The position numbers were made by a program, and so were the translations under genes. Under the pieces are notes generated by a model. The model made no database searches and had not been told where the DNA came from. It saw only the letters and a program-made list of their open reading frames with translations. A DNA stretch of 64,000 bases. It comes from Terriglobia bacterium. Lineage in GTDB: Bacteria; Acidobacteriota; Polarisedimenticolia; Polarisedimenticolales; JAIQFR01. This document shows, in pieces, positions 45,618-55,165 of this stretch. Location of the stretch: NCBI GenBank assembly GCA_963748015.1, contig CAVVHE010000004.1:1760001-1824000 (forward strand), read 5' to 3'. Within the stretch, counting starts at the first letter, position 1; the number at the start of each line of letters is the position of its first letter.

Positions 45618-48600
45618 TCAGGTCACGTCCATCCAGCTCGAGCCGGTCTTCTGGTCCACGAGGAGCGGGACCGCGAGCGGGTGCACCTCCTCCATCAGCC
45701 TCCGCACGAGAGGCTCGACGGCCGGGAGCTCGTCGGTGGCGACCTCGAGGAGCAGCTCGTCGTGGACCTGGAGGAGCATCCTCGACCGCAGGCCGCGCTC
45801 GCGCAGCGCAAGGTCCACGCGCAGCATGGCCATCTTCATGAGATCGGCGGCGCTCCCCTGAACCGTCGTGTTGACGGCGGCCCGCAGCGCGGCCTCCTCG
45901 GCGGCCCGTCCCGCCCCGCCGCGAAGGTCCGGGAAGGAACGCACGCGGCCGAAGAGCGTCCTCACCTCGGTGGTCCTCCGCGCCTCCTCGCGAACGCGCT
46001 CGATGTACCCCTTCACCGAGCGGAAGCGGTCGAAGTAGGCCGCGATGAACCGTCTCGCGTCGGACCTCGGGATCCCCTGGTCGCGCGCGAGCCGGTTCTC
46101 CGACATCCCATAGAGGATGCCGAAGTTGACCGCCTTCGCGCGGCGGCGCATCTCGTCGGTGACCAGCGGCGGAGCCACGCCGAAGATCCGCGCGGCGGTC
46201 CGGCGGTGGATGTCCTCCCCGGCCTGGAACGCGGAGATCAGCTCCGGATCGCCGCACAGGTGGGCGAGCACCCGCAACTCCACCTGGGAGTAGTCCGACG
46301 CGAGGAAGACGAACCCGTCGTCCGGGACGAACGCCGCGCGGATCTTGAGCCCCATCGGGGTGCGCGCCGGGATGTTCTGGAGGTTCGGGTCCGACGACGA
46401 AAGCCTGCCCGTGGCGGCCCCCGTGGGATGGTACGAGGTGTGAACCCGCCCCGTCGCGGGGTTCACGAGCGACGGGAGGGCATCCACGTAGGTCCCCTTG
46501 AGCTTGGCCAGCTCCCGGTACTCGAGGAGCTTGCGTGCGATCTCGTGCTCGCCCGCGAGATCCTCGAGCGTGGCGGCGTCGGTCGAGGCGACACCGCTCT
46601 TGGCCGTCTTCCGGCCCGGTGCCAGGCCGAGCCGCTCGAACAGCACCTCGCGCAGCTGCTTCGGCGAGTCGACGTTGAACGGGACGCCGGCTAGGGCGTG
46701 GATCTCGTGGCGCGAGCGGTCGAGGGCCTCCGCCATCGCCCCCGACATCTCCCCAAGACGGCCGACGTCCACGCGGATCCCGTGCGCTTCCATCCGGGCG
46801 AGCACGGGCAGCAGGGGGCCGTCGATCTCCCGGTACAGGGCGCCGAGTCCCTTCGCCTCGAGGCGGGGCGCGAGAAGCTCCGCGAGGCGAAGCGCGACGT
46901 CCGCGTCCTCGGCAGCGTATTCGGTCACCCTCCCCACGTCCACGCGGTTCAGCGTGACCTGCTTCGACCCCGAGCCCGCGAGCGCCTCGTACTTGATCGT
47001 CTCGTGCGCAAGCAGGTCCCTCGCGAGGCCGTCGAGATTGAACGTCGGGCGGTCCGGCTCGAGAAGGAACGCCGCGACCATCGTGTCGAGGCGCCAACCC
47101 TCGACGGGAAGGCCGTGGCGCTCCAGCACGTGGAGGTCGTACTTCAGGTTCTGGCCGATCTTGCCGACGACGGGATCGGCGAGCACCGGTCCGAGGACCT
47201 CGCGGATCGTCTCGATCGGAAGCTGCTCGGGGGCGCCGAGGTAGTCGTGCCCCACCGGCACATAGACGCCCGACCCGGGCGTCCACGAGAGCGAGAGCCC
47301 CACGAGGCGCGCGCGGAGCGGGTCGATCCCGTCGGTCTCGGTGTCCACCGCGAACCGTCCGGCCTCGCGGCAGGCGGAGGCCGCGCCCTCGAGGTCGGCG
47401 CGGGAGAGCACGGTGCGGTAGTCCGCGCGGGAGGGCTCGGGCTCCGGAGCCGCGGCCGGCGCCTCGGGGGCCGTGGCGCCGGCTTCCGCCTCGGCGAGGA
47501 GCGAGCGGAACCCCATCTTCCGGTAGAGCGCGGCGAGCCGGCCGCTGTCGGGCGGCTCCATGACGAGCGCTTGCGCGTCGAACTCGACCGGCACGGCCCG
47601 ATCCACCGTGGCCAGCTCTCGCGAGAGCCTCGCCTGCTCCGCCTGGTCGCGGACCGACTGCCAGACCTTGCGGCCGCTCCCCTTCTCGAGGTCCTTGAGG
47701 GCCCTCGAGAGGTCCCGAAGCTCCTTGGCCGCCAAGCGTCCCGGCGTGCCCGCCTTGGATGGAAGCGCCGCGAGCGGCGCCCGGTCGAGCGCGCCGCGCA
47801 GCCCCTCGAGCCGCGCGCGGAACGCGGCGTCCGTCTCGACGACCTCGAGCTCGCGGACCCGTGCCGCAAGCGTCTCCGCCGCGATCCCCGCGGCGTCCGC
47901 CGTGGCTGCCGCGAGCGGATCCTCGCTGTCCACCGCCGCCAGCGCCTCGAGCAGCGCGTCCCGCGATTCGAAGACCGCGACCAGCCGCTCCGCGCGCGCG
48001 ATGACCTCCTCGACCCCGCCGTAGGTGGACACCATCGCGACCGCGGTCTTGTCCCCCACGCCCTGGACTCCGGGGATGTTGTCGACGGAGTCCCCCATGA
48101 GGCCGAGCACGTCGCGCACGCGCTCCGGGGGAACGCCGAAGGTTTCCGCCACGCCGGCGCTGTCGAGGCGCACGTTCTTCGAGGGGTTGAGGACGGTGAC
48201 CCCGTCCTCCACGAGCTGCAGGAGGTCCTTGTCCGACGCCACGACCACCACCTCGAATCCCGCCTCGCGGGCCAGCCTCGTGTAGGTGGCGATCAGGTCG
48301 TCGGCCTCGTAACCCGCGAGCTCGAGGACGGGGATCCGCAACGCGTGGCATACCTCCTTCGCGTAGGGAAACTGGACGTTCAGATCCTCGGGGGCGGGAG
48401 GCCGGTGCGCCTTGTACTCGGCGTAACGATCGTGGCGGAAGGTCGGTCCCGGAAGGTCGAACGCGACCGCGAGGTAGCGCGGCTTCTCCTCGTTGACGAG
48501 CTTCCGCAGCATCGTGGCGAAGCCGTACACCGCGTTGGTCGGCATCCCCTCGGCGTTGGAGAGCCCCCGGATCGCGTAGAACGCCCGGAAGAGCTGGGAC

Positions 48601-48647
48601 GTGCCGTCCACGAGGTAGACCGTCTTCTCGAGCGCGTCATCCACCAT
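45618..48647 (-). CDS. polA: DNA polymerase I
   Basis: 5' nuclease (GYEADD, DKDL, GDSVDNIPG), 3'-5' exonuclease DTET, and polymerase DYSQVELR, KAVNFGILYG and QVHDEL motifs. Confidence 0.97.
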   Translation of the reverse strand: MVDDALEKTVYLVDGTSQLFRAFYAIRGLSNAEGMPTNAVYGFATMLRKLVNEEKPRYLAVAFDLPGPTFRHDRYAEYKAHRPPAPEDLNVQFPYAKEVCHALRIPVLELAGYEADDLIATYTRLAREAGFEVVVVASDKDLLQLVEDGVTVLNPSKNVRLDSAGVAETFGVPPERVRDVLGLMGDSVDNIPGVQGVGDKTAVAMVSTYGGVEEVIARAERLVAVFESRDALLEALAAVDSEDPLAAATADAAGIAAETLAARVRELEVVETDAAFRARLEGLRGALDRAPLAALPSKAGTPGRLAAKELRDLSRALKDLEKGSGRKVWQSVRDQAEQARLSRELATVDRAVPVEFDAQALVMEPPDSGRLAALYRKMGFRSLLAEAEAGATAPEAPAAAPEPEPSRADYRTVLSRADLEGAASACREAGRFAVDTETDGIDPLRARLVGLSLSWTPGSGVYVPVGHDYLGAPEQLPIETIREVLGPVLADPVVGKIGQNLKYDLHVLERHGLPVEGWRLDTMVAAFLLEPDRPTFNLDGLARDLLAHETIKYEALAGSGSKQVTLNRVDVGRVTEYAAEDADVALRLAELLAPRLEAKGLGALYREIDGPLLPVLARMEAHGIRVDVGRLGEMSGAMAEALDRSRHEIHALAGVPFNVDSPKQLREVLFERLGLAPGRKTAKSGVASTDAATLEDLAGEHEIARKLLEYRELAKLKGTYVDALPSLVNPATGRVHTSYHPTGAATGRLSSSDPNLQNIPARTPMGLKIRAAFVPDDGFVFLASDYSQVELRVLAHLCGDPELISAFQAGEDIHRRTAARIFGVAPPLVTDEMRRRAKAVNFGILYGMSENRLARDQGIPRSDARRFIAAYFDRFRSVKGYIERVREEARRTTEVRTLFGRVRSFPDLRGGAGRAAEEAALRAAVNTTVQGSAADLMKMAMLRVDLALRERGLRSRMLLQVHDELLLEVATDELPAVEPLVRRLMEEVHPLAVPLLVDQKTGSSWMDVT

Positions 48648-48702
48648 GTCTCGCCTCGCCGGGAATCATAGTGGAAATCCCGGGGTTGCCCACCCGCGGC
48701 TC

Positions 48703-49884
48703 CTACCCCTCCCGAGCGCGCAGGTAGGCCTCGCGGAACGGTATCCCTTCCTCGACGACGAGGCGATAGGCGCGCTCCGCGGCGCGGAGCGAGGGGTCGA
48801 TGGCGGCCGCGAGGCGCTCCCCGTCGAACTCGATCCCCGGCAGCACGAGGGCCAGGATGCGCGCCGTCTCGCGGACGGAGTCGAGCCCGCGGAAGAGCGG
48901 CTTCTTGATCAGCTGCAGATCGCGGTGGTACCCCGAGGTCAGCTTCGCGGTGACCGCGAGGACCTCGTGGAGCGCCGCGAACGCCTCGGCGGTCCGTCCG
49001 CGGGCGATCTCGAAGACGTCCGGATTGCGCTTCTGCGGGAGCATGGACGAGCCCGTCGTCGCTTCCGGCGGTATACGGACGAAGCCGAACTCCGACGTGG
49101 CGAACAGCGTGAGGTCCGCGGCGAGGCGTCCGAGGTCCGCGGCGAGGAGCGCGGCCTCGAAGAGGGCCGACGCCTCCGCCTTCCCGCGGGAGAGCTGCAC
49201 CGCGGTGACCGGCTCGTGGACCGAGCCGAAGCCGAGGGCGCGCGCCGTGAACTCCCGGTCGAGCTTCAGCACGGGAACGCCGTAGCCCGCGGCGGAGCCG
49301 AGCGGGTTCCGGTCGGCCCGGCGGCCCGCTGCCCGCAGCCCTTCCGCATCGTCCCGGATCTCGGCGGCGAAACCGGCCGACCACAGGCGCACCGTCGTCG
49401 GCATCGCCCGCTGCGTGTGCGTGTAACCCGGCATCGGGAGATCGCCTTGCTTCCCGGCGACGGCGTCGAGCGCCGCCGCGGCCGCTTCCGCGTCGGTGGC
49501 GAGCCCCGCGAGCTCCTCCTTGAGCCAGAGCCGGAGCGCGGCGAGCACCTGGTCGTTCCGCGAGCGCCCCAGGTGGACGCGGCCGCCCGCTTCGCCGAGG
49601 GCGGCGACCAGGCGATTCTCGATCGCGGTGTGCGCGTCCTCCTCCGAAAGCTGGACGCGCCACTCGCCTCGCGCGTGCGACTCGCCGATGATCCGGAGCG
49701 CGTCGAGGAGAGCGGAGCGGTCGGCCTCGCCGAGGTAGCCGGCCGCGTGGAGCATCTCGACGTGGGCCGACGAGGCCCTCACGTCGTGCGCGACGAGCCG
49801 GTCGTCGAGACGGTGGTCGTCCCCGGCGGTGTACCGCAGGACGCCGGGGTCGAGCGGCTCGCCCCGGTCCCAGAGCCTGGTCAT
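48703..49884 (-). CDS. argH: Argininosuccinate lyase (short form)
   Basis: GRSRNDQ, PGYTHTQRA and TGSSMLPQKRNPD motifs. Confidence 0.93.
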   Translation of the reverse strand: MTRLWDRGEPLDPGVLRYTAGDDHRLDDRLVAHDVRASSAHVEMLHAAGYLGEADRSALLDALRIIGESHARGEWRVQLSEEDAHTAIENRLVAALGEAGGRVHLGRSRNDQVLAALRLWLKEELAGLATDAEAAAAALDAVAGKQGDLPMPGYTHTQRAMPTTVRLWSAGFAAEIRDDAEGLRAAGRRADRNPLGSAAGYGVPVLKLDREFTARALGFGSVHEPVTAVQLSRGKAEASALFEAALLAADLGRLAADLTLFATSEFGFVRIPPEATTGSSMLPQKRNPDVFEIARGRTAEAFAALHEVLAVTAKLTSGYHRDLQLIKKPLFRGLDSVRETARILALVLPGIEFDGERLAAAIDPSLRAAERAYRLVVEEGIPFREAYLRAREG

Positions 49885-50981
49885 GACGTTCCCCCGGCGG
49901 CCACGACGCCGCTGCGGACGATCTCCTCGACCGTCCGCCGGTAGAAGACGCACCCCTCGAGGATCTCGCTCTCGAGCACGAACTCGTCGGGCGTGTGCGA
50001 GCGCTCCGACCGTCCCGGCCCCGCCTTGACCCCAGGGATCCCGTCGAAGAACACGAGGTCCGACAGCCCGGCGGATCCGAAGAGGCTCGCCTCGGGACGG
50101 GCGCGCCGGACGGCCGCGACGAGAGGGTGACCGGCCGGGATGCCGCGAGGCCGAAGGCGGTCGCTGAGCACGCGGACCTCCGCGGACGCGGCCGCCTCGA
50201 TGCCGCGGACCAGCTCCCGCACGTCGGTCGAGGGATTGACGCGCACGTCGAGAATGCATCCCGCCTCGCCGGGAACGGCGTTGCGCGCCGTGCCGCCGCG
50301 GAGAACGGTCGGCTCCACCGTCACCGGCCCGAGGAGCGGGTCTGCCGGTCCGGGATCGATTTCCTCGATTGCGACGAGACCGCGGGCGAGGGCGCGAATC
50401 GCGTTCCTCGCTCCGAGCGCCCGCGCGTTGGCCGCGTGGCACGCTCGCCCCTCGGCGAGAAGCTCCAGGACGACGAGCCCCTTCTGCGCGATGGCGATGT
50501 CGAGACCCGTGGGCTCGCCGACGACGACGGCGCCCGGCGCGAGTCCCAGCCGGCGCAGCTCGGGCACCAGCTGCTCCGCTCCCTTCCCTCCCGTTTCCTC
50601 CTGGACCGTGAGCGCGAGCACCACTCGCGCGCCGAGGCGGCCGGCGTCCTCCCGCAGCCGCAGGAAAGCGCCGATCATCGCCGCCACCGACGCCTTGGCG
50701 TCGTTCGAGCCGAGCCCGTGCACGCGCCCTCCCTCGACCACGGCGCGGTGCGGGGGACGCGTCCAGCCCGGGCATGGCGGCACGGTGTCCATGTGGGAGT
50801 TGAGGCAGATCACCGGCCCCTCGCCCAGGGCGGTCACGAGGTTGTCGCCGATGCGGAGCGTCGAGACGCCGCGCTCTCCGAGGTAGGCCTCGAGACGGTC
50901 GCGCAGCGGCGCCTCCTCGCCGGAGAGCGAGGGGATCTCCACCATTTCCCGGTGGAGCGCGAGCAGCTCGGCGTCGGTCAT
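49881..50981 (-). CDS. argE: ArgE/DapE-family deacylase (N-acyl-citrulline/ornithine deacylase)
   Basis: NSHMDTV, GSNDAK, QEE, GEPT and SHTPDE motifs; position in the arg operon. Confidence 0.85.
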   Translation of the reverse strand: MTDAELLALHREMVEIPSLSGEEAPLRDRLEAYLGERGVSTLRIGDNLVTALGEGPVICLNSHMDTVPPCPGWTRPPHRAVVEGGRVHGLGSNDAKASVAAMIGAFLRLREDAGRLGARVVLALTVQEETGGKGAEQLVPELRRLGLAPGAVVVGEPTGLDIAIAQKGLVVLELLAEGRACHAANARALGARNAIRALARGLVAIEEIDPGPADPLLGPVTVEPTVLRGGTARNAVPGEAGCILDVRVNPSTDVRELVRGIEAAASAEVRVLSDRLRPRGIPAGHPLVAAVRRARPEASLFGSAGLSDLVFFDGIPGVKAGPGRSERSHTPDEFVLESEILEGCVFYRRTVEEIVRSGVVAAGGTS

Positions 50982-51931
50982 GTCGAGGCGGGGGCCGCGG
51001 GGCCGCCCTGCTCCGCGAGGCTCAGGTCCGCCCGGCTCCGCACGACGAGCGTGCCGGCCCCCTCGTTCGTGAACACCTCGACGAGGAGCCCCTGCGGATG
51101 CGCGTGGCTCACCAGGTGCACCCGCCGCACGCCTCCGGCGAGCGCCGTCCTCGCCGCCTGGACCTTCGGCAGGATCCCCCCCTGGAGCGCGCCCTTCCGC
51201 TCGAGCGCGTCGAGCCCCTCGAGGTCGAGGTAGCTGATCGTGGACGCCGCGTCGCGGTGGTCCTCGAGGAGCCCCTCCGTGTCGGTGAGGAAGACGAGCT
51301 TCTCCGCCTCGAGGGCCGACGCGAGCGCGGCCGCCACGGTGTCCGCGTTGACGTTGAGGACTCGGCCGTCGTCGGCCGCCGACAGGGGGCTCACGACCGG
51401 GAGGAACCCCGCGGCGAGCAGCCTGTCGATCACCGTCCGGTCCACCGACACGATGTCGCCGACCTCGCCGTAGTCCACCGTGGCCGGCCCCTCGCCGAGA
51501 TCCACCGCGACCGGGGGCCTAACCCGCGCCCGCACGAGGCCCGCGTCGATTCCCGACAGGCCGATCGCCGGTAGCTGCGCGGCGCGGCAGGCGGCGAGCA
51601 GCGCGGTGCTCACCGTCCCGTTGATCGCCATCACCGCCAGATCGAGGACCTCGGGGGTGGTGACCCGGCGCCCCTCCACCATCCGCGTGGACACGCCGAG
51701 GCGATCCGCCAGGGCCGTCGCCTGCGCGCCGCCGCCGTGGACGAGGACGATCCGGATGCCCAGCTCCGAGAGGACCCCGACCTGCTCCGCGATCTTGCGG
51801 AGGGAAGCGGCGCTCGCGGTCGCGGCGCCGCCGAGCTTGATCACGAACACCCGCCCCCGGAACAGGCGAATGTAGGGGAGCGCGCGCCCCAGCGCGGCGA
51901 TCACGGTTTCTCGGTCGAACCCGCCGGTCAT
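50978..51931 (-). CDS. argB: N-acylglutamate kinase
   Basis: VIKLGG, VHGGG, GRRVT, NVNADT and GGILPK motifs; no fused GNAT domain. Confidence 0.92.
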   Translation of the reverse strand: MTGGFDRETVIAALGRALPYIRLFRGRVFVIKLGGAATASAASLRKIAEQVGVLSELGIRIVLVHGGGAQATALADRLGVSTRMVEGRRVTTPEVLDLAVMAINGTVSTALLAACRAAQLPAIGLSGIDAGLVRARVRPPVAVDLGEGPATVDYGEVGDIVSVDRTVIDRLLAAGFLPVVSPLSAADDGRVLNVNADTVAAALASALEAEKLVFLTDTEGLLEDHRDAASTISYLDLEGLDALERKGALQGGILPKVQAARTALAGGVRRVHLVSHAHPQGLLVEVFTNEGAGTLVVRSRADLSLAEQGGPAAPAST

Positions 51932-52938
51932 CCCGTCACCTCCTCGAGCATCTCGAGCATCAGGGCCTTCTGCACGTGCAGGCGATTGGCGGCCTGGATC
52001 AGCACGGCGCTGCGCGGCCCGTCGAGGACCGCGTCGGTCACCTTCACGTTCCGGCGCACGGGGAGGCAGTGCATGAAGCGCGCCCCCTTCGCGGCGGCCC
52101 GGAACCAGGGCTCGTCGACGCACCAGTCGCGGTGGCGCCGGCGCAGCGGCGCCTCCTCTTCCGGCCTCCCGTAGAACGCGGGGGCCCCCCAGGACTTCGC
52201 GTAGAGCACGTGAGCCCCCGCCATCGCGGCGTCGCGATCGGCCGTCGTCTCCACGGATCCGCCCGAGGCGGCGGCGAGGCGGCGCGCGCGCTCCATCACG
52301 GACGGCGGGAGGTCGTATCCCTCCGGCCGCAGCACGGTGACGCTCATGCCGCGGAGCGCGGCCATGTTCATCGCCGAGACCGCCACCGCGAGCGGTAGGG
52401 GCCGCGGGTGGTAGACCCAGGAGAGGACGAACTTCCCGCCGCGGCGCGGGACCGCGAGGTCCTCGAGCGTCTTCCAGTCGGCCAGCGCCTGGCAGGGGTG
52501 CGAGATCGCCGACTCGAGGTTGACGAACGGGACCGGGCAGAGATCGGCCATCGTCCGGATGAGCGGGTCGGCCAGGTCCTGCTCGAGGTCCTTCCCCTCC
52601 GCGAAGCAGCGCACGCCGAGGAGGTCGGCGTAGCTCGCGAGCACGGGGATCGCCTCGCGCACGTGCTCCGCGGCATCGCCGTCCATCACGGCCCCGGGCC
52701 GGCTCTCGAGCCGCCAGGAGCTCTGGCCGGGGGTGATCACGAAGCTCGAGCCCCCGAGTTGCGCCACCCCCGACTCCATGGACGCGAGCGTTCGCAGGGA
52801 CGGGTTCATGAACAGCAGCCCGACGACGCGGCCGCGCAGGACTTCGACGCGCGGACGGCGCTCGAGCTCCGCGGCCCGGGCGAGGACCGCCTCCGTGCGG
52901 TCGGGGGAAAGGTCGGCCAGATCGAGGAAGCGCTTCAC
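51928..52938 (-). CDS. argF': N-acyl-ornithine (acetyl/succinyl) carbamoyltransferase, ArgF'
   Basis: SLRT, MDGDAAEH insertion loop, HPCQ, YHPRPLP, YAKSW and HCLPVRRN motifs. Confidence 0.9.
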   Translation of the reverse strand: MKRFLDLADLSPDRTEAVLARAAELERRPRVEVLRGRVVGLLFMNPSLRTLASMESGVAQLGGSSFVITPGQSSWRLESRPGAVMDGDAAEHVREAIPVLASYADLLGVRCFAEGKDLEQDLADPLIRTMADLCPVPFVNLESAISHPCQALADWKTLEDLAVPRRGGKFVLSWVYHPRPLPLAVAVSAMNMAALRGMSVTVLRPEGYDLPPSVMERARRLAAASGGSVETTADRDAAMAGAHVLYAKSWGAPAFYGRPEEEAPLRRRHRDWCVDEPWFRAAAKGARFMHCLPVRRNVKVTDAVLDGPRSAVLIQAANRLHVQKALMLEMLEEVTG

Positions 52939-54092
52939 GACGGGATCTCCATGAGTGCGGCGACGAGCCGGTCCACGTGGTCGTCCCCGAGGGTGAGAGG
53001 GGGCAGGAGCCGGAACACGTGAGGGTCCGCGCTTCCCCCCGCGAGGATGCGCCGCTCGCGGAGGGCGGCGAGGACCTCCTTCGCGGGTCGCTTGGTGCGC
53101 AATCCCAGCAGGAACCCCATCCCTTGCGTGTCCACGACGGGGCCGACCCGGCACTCGAGGCGGAGACGCGCGGAGATCCGCCGCACGCGCGGGAGGAGGT
53201 CTTCCGCGCGGATCGTCTCGATCACCGCCTCCACCATCGCCGCCGCGAGGGGGCCTCCGCCGAAGGTCGTCCCGAGATCTCCCCTTCGCACCTTCGACGC
53301 GAGCGCCTCTCCGAGGAGGAGCGCCCCCACGGGGAAGCCGCCTCCGAGCCCCTTGGCCGTCGTCAGCAGGTCCGGCAGGATGCCGTGGGCCTGCGCGGCG
53401 AACGGCCAGCCGGTCCGCCCCATCCCGGACTGGACCTCGTCGAAGATCAGCACGGCGCCTCGCGAGGCCGTGGCCTCGCGGGCCCTCGCGAGGAATGCGG
53501 CGGAGAGAGCGCGGGCGCCCGCGACGCCTTGCACCGGCTCGAGGATGACGGCGGCCACGTCGTCGGCGACCTCGCGGTCGAGCGCTTCGACGTCGTCGAA
53601 CGGCACGAACGTGACGGGGAACGGCTCCGACGGGTAGCGGGACCACTTCTCGTGTCCCCAGGTGACGGCCGCGGCCGCCGAGGTGCGTCCGTGGAACGCC
53701 CCCTCGACCGCGATCACCCTGCGGCGGCCCGTGGCGAGGAACGCGACCCGGAGGGCGTTCTCGTTCGCCTCGGCGCCGGAGTTCACGAAGAACACTCGAT
53801 CGAGCCCCTCGGGGGCGAACCGCACCAGGCTCTCCGCGGCCCGGTCGCGGATCTCGAGCGGCGTGAGGCTACTCTGGAACATCAGCGCCCTCGCCTGCTT
53901 CTCGAGCGCGGCGAGCAGGGAGGGGTGCCCGTGGCCGAGAAGGGCGACGGCGTGGCCGCCGTAGAGGTCGAGGTAGCGCTCGCCCGAGGCCGTGAAGAGA
54001 TGGACCCCCTCGCCCCTCACCGGCCTGAAGTCGATCTGCTCGAACACGTCGAGCAGGGCTCCGGACGAGCGGATTTCACCGGTTTCGCTCAT
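52935..54092 (-). CDS. argD: Acylornithine aminotransferase (class III)
   Basis: NSGAEANE, FHGRT, EPVQG, DEVQSG, AKGLGGG and GTTFGG motifs. Confidence 0.9.
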   Translation of the reverse strand: MSETGEIRSSGALLDVFEQIDFRPVRGEGVHLFTASGERYLDLYGGHAVALLGHGHPSLLAALEKQARALMFQSSLTPLEIRDRAAESLVRFAPEGLDRVFFVNSGAEANENALRVAFLATGRRRVIAVEGAFHGRTSAAAAVTWGHEKWSRYPSEPFPVTFVPFDDVEALDREVADDVAAVILEPVQGVAGARALSAAFLARAREATASRGAVLIFDEVQSGMGRTGWPFAAQAHGILPDLLTTAKGLGGGFPVGALLLGEALASKVRRGDLGTTFGGGPLAAAMVEAVIETIRAEDLLPRVRRISARLRLECRVGPVVDTQGMGFLLGLRTKRPAKEVLAALRERRILAGGSADPHVFRLLPPLTLGDDHVDRLVAALMEIPS

Positions 54093-55165
54093 CAGTACCA
54101 ACCCAGGCCGGGAAGCCGCAGCCCCTCCCCGTCCTCGAGGCCGAACAGGCGGTTCATCCACTGCACGCCGCCCCCGGCCGCTCCCTTGACGAGGTTGTCG
54201 AGTACCGACGTCACGACGAGCGTCCTGCCTCGCGCCGCGACGCCGATCCGGCATCGGTTCGTCCCCACCACCTCCGTCAGCCCCGGTGGCTCCGCCGAGG
54301 CCGATACGAAGGAGGACGGGCCGTAGAAATCGCCCAGGACCGCGACGGCCTCTCGCGCCTCCACCGGCTCGCGCAGCGCGAGCCGGAGCGTGGCGTGGAT
54401 GCCCCGCACGAACGGACCCGAGTGCGGCACGAACTCCACCTCCGCGGACCGGCCTCCGAGGGCGGGAGCGAGGAGCCGGCGCATCTCGGCCTCGTGGCGG
54501 TGCGCGAGGGGGGAGTACGCGCGCAGGTTGCTGCGGCGCTCGGGATGGTGGGTCGGCGCGGCGGGGACGCGGCCGGCGCCGGAGCTCCCGGTGATGGCGG
54601 AGACGAAGACGCCGTCCTCGCAGATTCCCGAGGCGAGAAGCGGGTACGCCGCGAGGACCACGGCCGTGGTGAAGCAGCCGGGCTGCGCGGCATGCGCGGG
54701 CGGACGGCCGCGGTAGTGCTCCGGCACCGCGCTCACGAACGACGAGAGCCGGGACGGGGCGCCGTGGGGCTTGCCGTAGATCGCCTCGAACGCCGCCGGG
54801 TCGTCGAACCGGAAATCGGCCGACAGGTCCACCGCCCGCGGCATCGCGCCGGCCTCCTCCGCGCGCGAGAGGAACCCGTCGAGCAGCGCCGCGGTGGAGC
54901 CGTGAGGGGTGGCGGCGAAGATTCCCACCGGCTCTCCCGGCCGGAGCCGTCCGCAGGCGCTCTCGAAGCTCTCGAACGCGAGACCGTCCACCGGGGTGCC
55001 GCCGAGGTGCGGGAACGCGACGGCCACCGGCTCTCCGGCGTGGCTCGTCGAGACGACGGCCGCGACGCGGAAGCGCGGGTGGATGGAAAGCAGGCGCAGG
55101 AGTTCCCCGGCGACGTAGCCGCTGCCGCCGAGCACCACGACGGGAATCCCCCGCGCGTCAGGCAT
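54092..55165 (-). CDS. argC: N-acyl-gamma-glutamyl-phosphate reductase
   Basis: GGSGYVA, DLSADFR, PGCF, GSSGAG, HRH and DNLVKGAAG motifs. Confidence 0.93.
   Translation of the reverse strand: MPDARGIPVVVLGGSGYVAGELLRLLSIHPRFRVAAVVSTSHAGEPVAVAFPHLGGTPVDGLAFESFESACGRLRPGEPVGIFAATPHGSTAALLDGFLSRAEEAGAMPRAVDLSADFRFDDPAAFEAIYGKPHGAPSRLSSFVSAVPEHYRGRPPAHAAQPGCFTTAVVLAAYPLLASGICEDGVFVSAITGSSGAGRVPAAPTHHPERRSNLRAYSPLAHRHEAEMRRLLAPALGGRSAEVEFVPHSGPFVRGIHATLRLALREPVEAREAVAVLGDFYGPSSFVSASAEPPGLTEVVGTNRCRIGVAARGRTLVVTSVLDNLVKGAAGGGVQWMNRLFGLEDGEGLRLPGLGWY

Noticed and set aside
47673..47990. Intein in polA
   Set aside because: No splice-junction residues or homing-endonuclease motifs.
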